NCBI RefSeq assembly: GCF_006345805.1
Contig: NC_043000.1
Location: forward strand, 64,604,001 to 64,668,000
Length of the DNA: 64,000 bases
DNA from: Octopus sinensis
Taxonomy: Eukaryota
Direction of reading: 5' to 3'
Shown: in pieces, positions 49,593 through 63,039 of the stretch
How the letters are laid out: each line of letters opens with the position of its first letter
How positions within the stretch are numbered: the first letter of the stretch is position 1
Program-made: the position numbers and the translations under genes
Notes under the pieces: model-generated
Databases searched by the model: none
Seen by the model: only the letters and a program-made list of their open reading frames with translations
What the model was told of the DNA's origin: nothing

Positions 49593-50644
49593 AAATAAAC
49601 AATGAAAGATGATGATGATTATCATGATGATGATGATGATGATGATCATCATCATCATTATTGTCATTGCTGTCATCACCATCATTATCATTTACTGTCT
49701 GTTTTCAATGGGTTGGATGGTTTGTCAAGAGCAAGCAAGCTGGAGGGCTATGGCAAGCTCTTTTGTCAGTTTTGGCATGGTTTCTCAGCTGGATGCCCTT
49801 CCTAAAATCAATATCAAGCAAACAGTTAATTATCTCCCTGTCCCTGTCTAAATGCTGAACAAGACCTTGCTAATTTATACTAGTAAATTCATTATGATGC
49901 TTCAGAAAACAATGGACTAGTTTTTTTTAGTATGTAGATAAAATTTCCTTTGTTCAGGGATGAAGATGTAATATAGCAAAAACAAGACATAATTAAAAAA
50001 TCTTCCACATCGATTAAAAGAATTATGAAGAAACAAAGAACAATCAACAGAATCAAGTCAGATCTGGACACTAAAGAACTGATGGTGGTCCACATTTGCA
50101 AGAATTAATCCATAAAAGTTTCATCATTGGTGTTGTCAGCCGTGGTGGTGGTGATGGTGGAGGTGGTGTTGACATTGGCATCAGTGTTGATGTTGTTGTC
50201 ATCATTTAATGTCCATTTTTCATGCTGGTATAGGTTGGATGGTTTGACAGGAAAGGGTAAGTTGCAGAGGTTCGTCAAGCTCCAGTGTCAGCACTGGAGG
50301 TGTTTTCTATGGTTGGAAGCCCTTCCTAAAGCCAACCACATTACAGTGTGCACTGGCTGCTGCTTTTATTGTGCAAATGACACTAGTGAAGTTGCCAATT
50401 AGTTACATGACAGAAACAAACAGAAAAGACAAAGTACCCATGACTAAGTGTTAGATGAGGGTGGGGGCAGGTTAGGAATTGGCGGGGCAGCTTAATGCCA
50501 GATGCTGAGAGCCTCAAGTATGAGGGGTTGGAGCAGGTGTCTTGCTATAGAGGAGATATATGGCTGTCCCACATTATAAAGGGGGAGTATCAGTTATTAG
50601 GAAGATGAAGATAAAGAGGAAAGATGGTAGTGAAAATAAGTACT

Positions 50645-50992
50645 TTTCAAAGCTCCTAAAATTCTCAAACCAATTTTATGAGATATAACTGCCTCATTTT
50701 AACCCTTTAACAATTGGATTACTCTGTCAAATATGATGCTTGTTTATTCACATTGTTTTTGAATTATCTTGTGGCTTCAAGATTTCCATGATGTGATTGC
50801 TTATTTTTAGAATGACATTGTAGGGTAGGTGTGAGAGGGTGGATATGGTTGGTTTGAACATAAAACAGGTAGAATATTTGGGCTGGATATGACTGGTTTA
50901 AATGTTAAAGGGTAAAAGTCTCTGTCTTTGGAATGCTGTGCCTGTCTCTGTCACCAAATTAAATCTGCAGACAAATAAATCTATCATCATAG
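50645..50992. repeat. Local duplicate of 47640-48392 without the SINE
   Basis: Shared unique flanks AAAGCTCCTAAAAT...GAGATATAACTG and GTCTCTGTCTTT...CAAATAAATCTATCATCAT. Confidence 0.85.
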
Positions 50993-51699
50993 GTAGATGA
51001 ACATAAGAGAGAATATAGTCAGTGGATCAGGGGGCAAGGCTGGTGCTTGGAAGTGCAGGGCCCAATTAGAGAATTATCAGTGGGACTTTGTACTCTACAA
51101 AAGCTGAAGATTGATGTTTAATGCTTTGTGTAGTTTGCCAACCCCAGTCAAAAAGCATTGAGGGCTTGAGACTCCACCATTAGCCACAATGATATACCAA
51201 AAATTCATCATCATGTCCTCCACTTGTGTGTGTGTGTGTTTGACTCTCTTGGCACAGGGCCAAATTTGAACAAATCTAATTAGTTTAAAACCAGCTCTGT
51301 CAGTGAGGAAAGGGTAGTTTCATAAGAATATCAGGGAAGAGTAGAAAATGGAGAAGAGGAGGATATATTGAATGATGTGCAAGTGTAGAGTTTCAATTGG
51401 CAGGCAGTATCAGTATAGATAAGAAAAGATTAAAGGAAGTTAATTTACTCTAAGGAGTATGGATGAGGACAGCTGCATAAAGAAGTGCTGAGCTCTAATT
51501 GTGGAAGGTACCTGTGGAAAGGGTAGACTCAGGAAGACATGGAGTAAAGTGGTGAGAAAGAATCTTCAGATGCTGGGTTTCACTGAGGAAATGACAAGAG
51601 ACCGAGAGATGTGGTGATTTGCTGTACTTGATAAGACATGTCAAGTTAAGTAAAATCACTATCTTCCACACATACAGGCTTGTCTTTTCAGGTACCAGA

Positions 51700-51920
51700 G
51701 CTGGTGCTGCATAAATGCACCCATACAGGTGGCATATAAAAAATACCCAGCACACTCTGTTAAGTAGTTGGTGTTAGGAAGGGCATCCATTCGTAGAAAC
51801 CATGCCTCAACAGACAGCTGGAGTCTGGACAGTTCCTTGCTAGTCAGCTCCATGTCGCACCATCCAACCCATGCCAGCATGGAAAGTGGACGTTAAACGA
51901 TGATTGATAATGATGATGAT
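51700..51920 (+). mobile_element. RTE-type LINE 3' UTR fragment
   Basis: TTAGGAAGGGCATCC...CCCATGCCAGCATGGAAAGTGGACGTTAAACGATGA. Confidence 0.8.
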
Positions 51921-52637
51921 AAGGAATGAAAAATTCGATGCTTTGGTTACTGGAAAACAGTGGAGGGGGAAATGACAGTGTGTGTGTAGTGAAAAATGAT
52001 GGTGTAAATAATATGGTAAGAAGTGAATGGGGGAGGGGTGAAGTTAATAGTGGGACCACGTCAATTGAAAGCTAGGCCAAATGAAGTAAATGAAATTAGG
52101 AAAAAGTAGAAAGCAGGGAAGGGGAGTGGGGACAAATGGGAGAATCAATTTTAATAATTCAAGAATGACAGCGAGTGTTGGTGTGTTTATTTATGTCCCT
52201 GTAACTTAGTGGTTTAGCAACAGAGATCAATAGAATAATTAGGTACCAGGTTTCAAAAAAAAAATAAATAAATAAGTACTGGGGTCAATTCATTTGACTA
52301 AAAATTCTTCTAGGCAATGCCCCAGCAGGGCCACAGTCTAATGACTGAAACAAGTAAAAGATAAAAGATCTAGGACTACATTTGTGAATGTGTCCTTATT
52401 TTCATAAGATGGTATGGTGTGAGTTGATGGAATTTGATTGCTATTTCTGAGACAGTGTTGGTGGGAGTGTGGAGATCAATACAAGTAGAAGTTGAGATGT
52501 GTATTTAAACTATGTAGGACGAGGATATCTTTTCTGAAGATTTGGTATTATTCCTTGTATTTGTAAGTTTTGTCACAACGAAAGTGTTGAAGATCATGTC
52601 TTTGATCACAGGTCTGTGAAACCAGGATGATCTAGGG

Positions 52638-52978
52638 CAGGGGTTCTCAACCATTTTTTATCTATGGACCCCTTTGATTACTATTTTATTCTGGTGGACC
52701 CCCATAGCCATTCAATGTTTAAAAACTAGTTTTATAGAAACTTCTTTCAAGCTTCCTATTTTGTTTATCACACATTAACTTGCGTAGGTTGAACTATGTA
52801 AAATGTTAGAGCAAAAAAGCTTAGTTGTTTCTTGCAATACATACATCTAAAGCAAAATATTTTCAGGGGCTCTTAGAATATTATTGTGGATCCCCAGTTT
52901 ACAATTTTGTTGTGTGGACCCCATAAAAATTTTATATGAATTCTCAAGGGCTATATGGATGCCAGTTGAGAACCACTG
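52638..52978. mobile_element. hAT-type MITE
   Basis: CAGGGGTTCTCAAC / GTTGAGAACCACTG TIRs; diverged 8-bp TSD ATCTAGGG/GTCTAAGG. Confidence 0.8.
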
Positions 52979-54024
52979 GTCTAAGGCTACACAACTTCTC
53001 ATATAGCTCAACTCCCACCACTTCCTACTATACACACTATCCTTTTCCCCACTTCCCTTCTTAGTTCCATTATGTTTTTCCATTTCTTAACAAACCTGGC
53101 ATTGACCGACAAAATTTTTTCTTTTTTTTCTTTTCAAACAAGGACAAGTGCCCAAAATGTTGGATTATTCTTCCATTAATTTTTCTGATTATGAACGTTT
53201 TACCAATTGATTTAATTTCTTCTGTAGATTAAATTTGTCAAGTTATGAGAGGAGTGAAGTCATTTTATGCTTGCAGTTTTGAATGAAAAAAAAAGTTTCA
53301 GAAATATCACCACTACCCTCACTTCTTCACCTTCTTCATCACATTGCAGTCATCATCATAATTATCATCATCACCTTCTCCATCACCATCATCATCCTCT
53401 TCATTGCTTTCATCATTATCACCATCATCACATTGTTCTTCATTGCTATTACTACCATCACTTCTTCCTCTTCCCAGAGAGAGAGAGGGAGAGAGTATAT
53501 AGATGCCTTATAACTTAGGTCATTAAATTGTGGCTACAAAAAAAAATGAAAGAGGTAAAAGGAAGGATTGTGGAAGGGAAAAAAACTAATGAGAGAAAAG
53601 TGTGGGCGTTGTATAACAGTCTAGGAGGTAGAGCTTGAGGGTTCCATACTGTATCACCACCTTCACTTCTCCCCCTCCGTTCATCACCACCACCACCACT
53701 TTCATTACCATCAGTACCTTTTTGGTTGCCCTCCTCCACTTCTTCTTCTTCCTCAAACGCTAGAGAAAATTTATGTGGAGGACTCATTGCCTAAAATTGT
53801 GGCTGAGGAAATGAGAAAAGTAGAAGGAAAGAAGGACTGAGGAAGGAGGAAAACCAGTGAAAGATGGCAGAGGTAATGGTACCACATTGTAGGAGAAACG
53901 TGAGGGTGGAGTGGTCACTAGTTTCCTCTGCTTCCAAATTTAACATTTTTAAATAGGGCGAGAAGTATGACAAGTGCTCGCGAAGAAATGCATAAGATTT
54001 TATCTTTTTTTTATCTTTGTATCT

Positions 54025-54866
54025 TTTTTATTTGTTTCAGTCATTTGACCGCGGCCCTGCTGGGGCACCATCTTGAAGAACTTTTAGTCAAATGAATCGA
54101 CCCCAGTCTTCCATTTATTTTAAAGCCTGTTGCTGAACCACTAAGTTACAGGGGCATAAACACACCAACACTGGTTGTCAAGCGGTAGTAGAGGACAGAG
54201 ACACACACACAAACACAAATACAGACATACACACACACATACACACATGGTGGTTTAGTAAGAAGTTTGCTTCTCAACCACATGGTTCTACGTTCAGTCC
54301 CACTGTGTGGCACCTTGGGTAAATGTCTTCTACTATAGCCTTGGGCTGACCAAAGCCTTGTGAGTGGGTTTGGTAGATGGACACTGAAAGAAGCCCGTTG
54401 TATATAGATATATGTATACATCAATGTGTGTGCGTTTTTGTCTGTTTGTCCCTCATCACCACTTGATAACCAGTGCTGGTGTGTTTATGTGCCTATAACT
54501 TAGCGGTTCAGCAAAACAGACTAAGAGAATAAGTACTAGGCTTAAGAAATAAGTCTTGGGGTCGATTTGTTCGACAAAACCCTTCAAGGCAGTGCTTCAG
54601 TATGGCTGCTGTCAAATGACTGAAATAAATCAAAAGAATAAAAGAATATATATATATGTGTGTGTGTGTATTAAAGAATATATATAGATATACACACACA
54701 CATATATACAACAGGCGTCTTTCAGTTTCCATCTGCTAAATCCACTCACAAGGTTTTGATGGCCAGAGGCTATAGGAAAAGACAGTTGCCCAAGGTGTCA
54801 TGCAATGGAACTGAACCTAGAACCATATGGTTGGGAAGCAAGCTTCTTAACACACAGCTACACCTG
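54025..54866. mobile_element. Three SINE A pieces in alternating orientation
   Basis: 54025-54240 (-), 54247-54645 (+), 54712-54866 (-). Confidence 0.8.
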
Positions 54867-56500
54867 TGTATAAAAAGAAATATAAAACCTTTTGCCATGA
54901 AGTTTTAAAATTATATTAAAATATAATCTTTATAAATCAATCACCATAAACTTATAAATTTTCCAGCATGTTAATTATTGAAATAATTCTCTTATATAGC
55001 ATAATGTGAAAAAAACATGTTCACCAAGCATATTTGAACTGGTAACAAATTTGTGTTACAATGATATGAAGTTGCTTTCCTTGAGCAAACTTGTGTTCAA
55101 TGTAGTCCTGTTGTGACCATCTCATATTTTTAGAGGCACTCAGGACTTCACTATCAAATGTGTCCTTTCCTGTTTTTTTTTTAAACAATAGGGTATAATT
55201 TGGCTGTTATTTCTAGCATGTCGAGTAACTGTGTACAAGTCCCCTCGTTGGCTCAACGAAGTAACGTTATACAAGGTGAGATTAATGAAAGAATTACAAT
55301 TTTTGGATTTTACATTATCCTATGTTTACAACAGGGGTTTAATTAACCAATATACTTGAGCAAACTATCATTCCGGGCCCTCGACTTGTTTGTGTCAATT
55401 CTGCCGTATTTGTATATAGTCATAAAGAAGTCATGTCAGCCTGCCAATATTATTCCATGCTAAGAATATACTGTAAGCTATTTCTACTTTATTTATTTGA
55501 TATTTTTCTATCTTCTAATGTGGCATTTTGTCAGTTATAGAAACTTCCTTACTAAAATGTATTTGTCCTTCTTTCTATACAAGTTATTGCAGACTATCGA
55601 TGTTCTCTAATTTGTTTTCGCCACCCAGAGTCAACGCCATGATGGAACACCTTCAATAGTCCACTATTCAGTGGTTTTGAAAACAAAAGTGGGGGTTGAA
55701 GAACTGCTTTCGTGGAATAGAATATAACGTGATATATGGCAATATATTTAAACTCGAGAAATAGTTTAAGGTAGTTTAAGACTGTGGTAGCAATAAGGAA
55801 GTGAAGAAGGAGGAAGGGCAGTAGAGGTGATAAAGGATAAGAAAGAAGAGGAGGAAAAAGAAGATAAGAGAGAGAGAGAGAAAGCGAGGAAGACGATGAG
55901 AAAGAGGAGGAAGTTGAGTAGGCAGAAAAAAAAAACAAAAAACCATAGCAACAGCGAAAACAACTACAAGGAATAAACCGTATTAACAAGCATCCATTTG
56001 TATGAAAGGTCAATTGTAAATGTGCTGCAGGCTCTTAGAAGTGAAATTCATACTAGTTATCACTGAAGTCCTCTTGTTGGTTATACTAGGAAGGCAGTCA
56101 TCTCCATTAATTTACCCTTTAATGCCAAGGAGAATAGCAACGATTAGTGAATTAATTGAAATAGCAATAAAAGAAAGAAACTTAATTTGTTTTTTAAATG
56201 GAAAACGTTTATCCAAGCAAATGAATAAAGATTTTTATTGTTATTAACTTTTTCAAGTTTCATTTGAAAGGCAAGTGAAGGTGGATAGGGAAGTGTTGCC
56301 TTCTAGCAAATTCGTTGAAAGGTGGGTGAGTGTCGGAAAAATGGTCAGTGTGAAAGGACCCATTTTGAGCATGCGCCTGTGAAAAATAAAAGAACGCCTC
56401 CCCATATTGGAAGCCTTATTTTCTGTTATTTTTTGTTTACACGCCTTTAAAACCTATTTGTATTATTGTCCTGTCTTTATCTCTTCATGTAACTTTATGT

Positions 56501-58316
56501 GGATCTTTTCCTTTTGAACGGCACATGTCAACACAATTTCTAGTTAACTAAACACTTTTAAACTTCGTATACTGGTAGAATGTGTTTATAAAACATCATT
56601 TTTTTCTTGGCTTTATTGAGAAAATTCTATATGTTGTAACATATTTCGTCTGAAATTTCGAGCATTTCGGCAATTTTAACCAATCGGGATCTTTTCTTTT
56701 TGACGGACGGAATTTTCTAGTTAACTAAAAAATTTGAAACTTCGTATACTGGTAGAATGTGTCAAAAGAAAACATTATTGTAAACAAAATTGTAATTCGT
56801 AACTTTAACGTAGTTTAATTCTTCGAATTTTAACCAATGAAATCCCAGCATCTTCGAATTTTAACCAATGAAATCCGAGCATTTGAGCTCAAATCATTTG
56901 CTGCGTTATCGATATTGATAAAGAAACAGCAGACGCATGCCGCACACATACACTCTCTCTCAAACACATGCATATACATTTGCACAAGCACATAGTAATT
57001 AATATATAAGCGTACACACACATACAAACGGAGATATACATACACACACATACGCACACAAGCATACATACACGTTCGTGAGTTGCCCCTTGCCGCAACA
57101 AATTTACACAAAAGGTAAATAAACCAGAAGTGAGGGGGGGTCAATGTTTCATCGTTTCGGGGTCGATAAATTAAGTACCAATTACGCACGGTGTCGAGGA
57201 TTTTTTCCCCAATTTATATCACAGCCTCCGACAAGCTGGGGCATCCTTTTATGAAAAAATATTTCGCAATTTTTTAGACCGCTTTAGGCATATTATTGTT
57301 GTTTCTGGCCCTTCAAAACCACGGGAGAAGCCTTTTCGGTAAAAAAAAAATAAGGAAAATATTCAAAATATATCGTTAATATTTTTATTGGGCGACGAAA
57401 TTCATCGATTTAAGAGATATAGCTGTTATTTCTAGCACATGTAGAAGACAGAAGAGAGAAAGGATGAATAAGACGTGTGTGTGTGTGTGTGTGAGTTTTT
57501 AGCCGCAGCATATGGTTTGAGCTCGAATGCTAGGATTTCATTGGTTAAAATTCGTAGAATTAAACTACGTTAAAGTTACGAATTACAATTTTGTTTTCAA
57601 TTTTGTTTACAATAATGTTTTCTTTTGACACATTCTACCAGTATACGAAGTTTCAAATTGTTTAGTTAACTAGAAAATTCCGTCCATCAAAAAGAAAAGA
57701 TCCACCAATCGCTGACCTCCATTTGGGGTGAAAACATTCCGTGCTGTATGAATATGTCCCTCGTTTAAGAAACAGATTGGGTTTATTTACATTTGCGAAG
57801 AAAAAAAGATACCCTTCCCCCACCCATAACCCTAAATCTAAAATAGATTGAAATGCAATAGATCGATACTAGAGTCATAATTATGGGTGACATTTTCATT
57901 TGACACCGCTAGAAAAAAATCCCATTTTCCGTAGTGGTGTCGTATGAAATTGTCACCCATAATTATAACCCTAGTATCGATCTATTGCATTTCAATCTAT
58001 TTTAGATTTAGGGTTAGGGTTAGGGGAAGGGTATCTTTTTTTCTTCGCAAATGTAAATAAATCTAATCTGTTTCTTAAACGAGGGACATATTCATACAGC
58101 ACGGAATGTTTTCACCCCAAATGGAGGTCAGCGATTGGTTAAAATTGCCGAAATGCTTGAAATTAAAGTGGAAATATGTTACAACATATAGAATTTTCTC
58201 AATAAAGCCAAGAAAAAATGATGTTTTATAAACACATTCTACCCGTATACGAAGTTTAAAAGTGTTTAGTTAACTAGAAATTGTGTTGACAACTGCCGTT
58301 CAAAAGGAAAAGATCC
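56501..58316. mobile_element. Fold-back element with GGATCTTTTCC termini (about 790 bp excluding nested insert)
   Basis: Arms meet at 20-nt spacer 57912-57931; 8-bp TSD CTTTATGT/ATTTATGT. Confidence 0.85.
56687..57703. mobile_element. Related GGATCTTTTC element with about 215-bp TIRs, nested in the above
   Basis: Perfect 8-bp TSD ACCAATCG at 56679-56686 and 57704-57711. Confidence 0.88.
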
Positions 58317-58833
58317 ATTTATGTAAGCCCTTGTGGCCAGTAAAAGAATTAGTTATTATTGTTATAGCAGCATATTAATAAGTTAATTTTTTTTATATAT
58401 AATAGATTAGTTCTAAGGAGTTTCACGAAAACGACTGCAATCATGACCTTTGAAATATTAAAGATATGACATAAAACCCCCAACCTTATAATTGTTTAAG
58501 TATCGCGTCCATGAGCTCAAATATGAGCTGTATATGTATGTTATAACGTAACCCAATTATTTAAAACTAACGATAGAAATTTGACTTAACTAATTGGCGA
58601 CCAAAATAAAACAGTAATTAACTAACATTAATCAAGACGGTAAAATGGCAGAGTCATTAGAACATCAGTTAGAATAATACCAAGCAGCATTTGTTCCGGC
58701 TTTCTGCACTCTTGATGCCAAATTTACCTTTTCTCCTTTCAAAGGCGAAATAAATCAATTACTAGCCAGGTACTAGAAAATTTATTTTTCTTAACCTGCA
58801 AAATGAAGAGGGTCAAGAAAAGAGTGTCGCACC

Positions 58834-58885
58834 ATGGATCCAGCAATGTTTTCATCACAATTCAGTGGAGACAATACGCAAATAC
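58834..58885 (+). CDS. Candidate first coding exon (MDPAMFSSQFSGDNTQI)
   Basis: GCACCATGG start context, upstream in-frame TGA, donor |gtaaga; no downstream exon found. Confidence 0.2.
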
Positions 58886-61188
58886 GTAAGAAAAAAGTAA
58901 TTATTATTTTCATTATGGCTTCTCAAATATTTAAGCCACAAAATTTGCTCTCCTGTGTGTAACAGTCATTCATAATCTCTCAGAAACTAATTTAAATAGA
59001 TATTTTAATTGACAAGTAAAACGGCAGAATATAGACACTCAGGGCCGTCTCAATAGCATTGTCGGGTCCCAGGTAAAACAATGCACTGGAATTCCCATAC
59101 TACACAATCACAGAATATATATACATTCAATGGCGTAGGGTAGGTTTTGACTGCCATGTGGCTTCTGTAAGTCAAGTGTATGTTAAGTTTTGGCTGACAT
59201 CTTCCTTAATCTTAACATACTCTCGTATAGTGGACCACGTTGTGCCGTTCGCACTTCCTACAGACTCCAAGTAACGTCCCTACATAGATTAGCATTGGGC
59301 CTGTAGACCCGTGGGATCTCCAGTGTGTCCAAGCTTAAGACAACACTGAGGAAACTTCTCTAAAATTTCTGGCATAAGGCATTAAATATCTTAGCCAGTA
59401 CCAAAATATTTAGTGCCTTAGCTTTTCAGTTGTGTGGTCCCTTCAGTTTTTTCCTCAACTTCCTCCACTCATCACCCTCTTTACACAAGCTGAAAAATCC
59501 AGTAGAAAAATAATAAATAATTTACTAACTAGAAATTTATAGTTTTACGATCATGTATGTCATGGAATAAATCTGTTAGTTGGCACAATTTTAAACGTTT
59601 CGCTCCAAATAATATGAGAGGTCATAACACCATGCGGTCCTCTCGTCTCCCACACTCACATTACTTTTGCTTTCCATCCTCTTGTTCCGAGAGTGACTTC
59701 GCCTGCTCCAAATTTTTTTTTTAATTAGTTGGATTAAGAAATTTTGTTCAAGTTGTTCAGAATTTGCATAACCCCCCTCGATACTAACCCCCAAGATGAT
59801 CGCTTAGTTTGACAGGCGATAAATATGGTAGAGCAGATACCATCTTAGTCACGACAGAGTGAGGTTCTACAGCTGTGGTTCTTAATACCTGGGGGTTCAT
59901 TTAAGATTGGTGGGGGGGGGGGTCCACGCAAGCAAAATAGTAAATTGGGGATCTACAGTATTATATTAAGGATCCATGAAAAAGTTTTGCTTTAGATATA
60001 TTTATTGCGAGAATGTACAAAAGGTTTGCAGTACTGGATGGGTAAGAATGGAAGAGTGTTTCTTACTGGATTTGAAGCGAGGTTATTATATAGTAAGTTC
60101 TCAGTAATATAAAGCTTTCCTTTCATTAGTCCCAAGTTACTCTGATAGTTGAAGGAAACTGGGAATGTATATCATATATGATGCATGGAAGCCAAGGAAA
60201 ATATGTTCTGCGCATCATATGAAATACACAGGACAACAGAGAGTTAAGTATTATCTCACGTAAAAGAGGGAATCCCGTTTTGTTTCAGATGTATTTTTAT
60301 GAGCTCTGAATTAATAATTAAGCATGTAATAATATAAGCAGATGTTTGGGTGTTAGGTGAAGAAGGCATCGCACATTTTATTTTTCTAGTGCCGGATTTA
60401 CCATTATGCAAATGGTAAATTAGAAAAGTTTGAAAAAAAAATGAACTATAAAGAGTTGGAAATTTGCAGTTTTCATAAACAACATGAAGTTTTAAAAAAA
60501 CGGCTTATATAATTGTTGTGGTCTGACCTGGAAGTAAACTGAATTTTAAGCTTGTTTCACATAAAATATGTTTTGTCAGTCAGACCTGGAAAGGTCGAGA
60601 GAGCGTTATTTCTGGGCTAAGCTTAGGACATCAGTTAGTCTTAACCCAACCTAACGGGTGTCAGAAGTCAATAGATATTGGGAGACAAGTGTTTGTAGGG
60701 ATTGTAATACTTTTAATTGTGTTGTTCATGAGATGGTAGTTTGGTGAGATAGATGTATTAGATGCAGTTGAAGAAGTTGTTGAAATAAAAAGCAATAACT
60801 TTGTTTTCGTTTTTGTTCACAATTACGTTAGAAAACAGACATCTTGTGGATCTCTGGGTCAGTGGAAATTGTGCTGTGACAGCGGGTTTCATGCCACATT
60901 TTATCAGGTTTAGGTCATATCGTGTGAATTAGCATTTTTTTCTATTGTTAAAGATTTATATTCAAATCATTAGAAAGATTCCCAAGGGATCAAGATTGCA
61001 TGTACCGAGAATTACTATCAAGAGAAAGTGATTCGAATGATTGTCACAGATACTATACAAATGATGAGCGTCAGAGCTATAAGTGTAGCTTTTCAAAAGT
61101 CTCTTTCTCTCTGGAACATACAATAGTGTCCAAATCTCAACATCATCTATCCCTCTAACTCAGCGAACTATCCACCTATCGCTTACAC

Positions 61189-61379
61189 CAGTGGTTCTCA
61201 ACCGGGTCCATAAAATTTATGTGCAATAAATTGCGTATACTTCTACAATACACAAACTATTTTAATTATAAAAATACAGTAGGATTTCTTTTTAATATAC
61301 ATAGAATATCTATGGAGGTTCAGTAGAGTAAAATAGGAATCAAAGAGGTCCATAGACATAAAATGGTTGAGAACCACTG
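61189..61379. mobile_element. hAT-type MITE
   Basis: CAGTGGTTCTCAACC TIRs; perfect 8-bp TSD GCTTACAC. Confidence 0.92.
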
Positions 61380-61599
61380 GCTTACACTTTCAATATCTCA
61401 AAGTTGGTAGACGCAGCCGTTAACAACTACCTTCTTCGAAGACCTTGAATCTCTCTCTCCCCTTACATAAGTATTTATGTATATGTGGCCAGCAATACGA
61501 CTTCCGTAAAAGCAGATTTACCAGGGACCAGCTCTTTTATTCTTTTATATCACGAGACTTCGGTGATCATGCCAGCTTACCTGAAAATGAAGGGAAATT

Positions 61600-61637
<38 letters not shown>

Positions 61638-62574
61638 TGAATTAACTGGAAGAAGACGGTGGTGGTTTTCACTGCCAAGATTTTATCTATTCAACAAAAT
61701 ATAAAAATAAACATTTCCACTTTACAGAATGTCCGAAAGCAGAAGTAGAGGATGTTCATGAATGATTAACATTTCATATACATTTTTGTTGTTATTGGTA
61801 TTTTCCTTTTCCTTTTTGTTAGATTTAATTTCAAAATGGCTGAGATAATGGCAAATGTCTGAGTCATTGTTATCGTTGTATATACTGCAGCAAATGTTAT
61901 GCTTGCATAAAATTAAACTCAAACACATTATTTGTTTATAGAATTTCACGAAAAATTTCATCACCTACATTTTTACTTCTAAAGAAACATATGTAAATAA
62001 ATGCTCATTTCAAGGTCTTTATTAGGATACATTTTCACCAATTCCTGGCCTATTGTTTATTGAATAAATATTAAGAAAGACTGGCAAGACAGTGAGTCTG
62101 TTTTTGGTAAAGAGATAAATAAGTTTTATTCAACAGTTTTAGAAAATGTGTTTAAACATAAATATTTTAATAGTGAGAGTAAAGGAATTAATTATATTAA
62201 CTATATTGTATCTAACTACTTCACAACAAATTGTAGATTTATCGTTTACGTTTTTTTTGTTGTTTTTCTTTTTCAAACTATTTTCATAGCTTTATGTAAT
62301 TAAGGTCGACTTAAAATTATTATTCAGTTTACTTACATTAAAATATCGGGATCCAAATATCGTATTATTATTACATTTATTATTACGTTATATATGCTCT
62401 ATAAACTTTTTGTGTTTTGTTTCACTAGTTTTAAAAGCATAGGTAACCGAGTGGATTACTGAACAACCGGCTGAGAAGTCGTATCTTGTCAGTGACACAT
62501 TTAACTCTCTAAATCGCTCGTTCTACTTCAATGTAAGATCAACTTCTCACCATAAAATTGATATCTAATTCTGG

Positions 62575-62745
62575 CATTAGGCCAATGTTTTGAGGAGAGC
62601 ATTTGATTGGTATTTATTTTATTGACTCTGAAGCATGAAAGGCAAAGTCGACGTTGGCTAAATTTAAACTTAGAACGAAATGAGTCGGAAAAAATGCCGC
62701 TAAGCATTTTGTCTGATATGCAAACGATTCTGCCAGCTTGCATCT
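62575..62745 (-). mobile_element. SINE family B
   Basis: GCATGAAAGGCAAAGTCGAC...AAATGCCGCTAAGCATTTTG. Confidence 0.75.
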
Positions 62746-62811
62746 TTTGTCATTGTAAAATTATCATGTATTTCGTTAGTTTGTCGTGCTCAGTTGAAAT
62801 CATCCTCTAGA

Positions 62812-63038
62812 TATAGTTCCAAGAGAGATAAGTATTGCTAATCTAAGCCAAGTTGTACAATAACATCGAAAAATACCTTAGGAATGAGTACCCAGGTTCG
62901 AAATTTCCCCAGGACACCTGAAGAAGGCTGGCGAGTATATCAGCCGAAATGTTGTGTTAACAACAAACAAGATGAGGACAAATAACCGTCAAATGTAAAT
63001 AATGTACATAATTCCTCATCTCTCAAATATAGAACTGT
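62812..63038 (+). mobile_element. Penelope-like/retrozyme-type fragment with hammerhead
   Basis: Contains hammerhead 62913-62958; abuts Gypsy remnant. Confidence 0.5.
62913..62958 (+). ncRNA. Minimal type I hammerhead ribozyme
   Basis: GACAC-CUGAAGA-A-GGCUG[GCGAGUAUAU]CAGCC-GAA-AUGU-U-GUGUU; stem III AUGU (probably ACGU by CpG decay). Confidence 0.72.
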
Positions 63039-63039
63039 A

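Noticed and set aside
55583-55640. Minus-strand ATCATGGCG start giving MALTLGGENKLENIDSLQ*
   Set aside because: Stops after 18 codons with no convincing donor before the stop.
57826-58025. TTAGGG repeats as a telomere
   Set aside because: Only 2-3 units, embedded in the arms of the fold-back element.
59140-59400. Possible Gag-like zinc-knuckle remnant (KLGHT)
   Set aside because: Cys spacing broken by stops; evidence too weak.
59583-59625. Minus-strand ...GGAGC-GAAACGTT motif
   Set aside because: No CUGANGA core or stem I.
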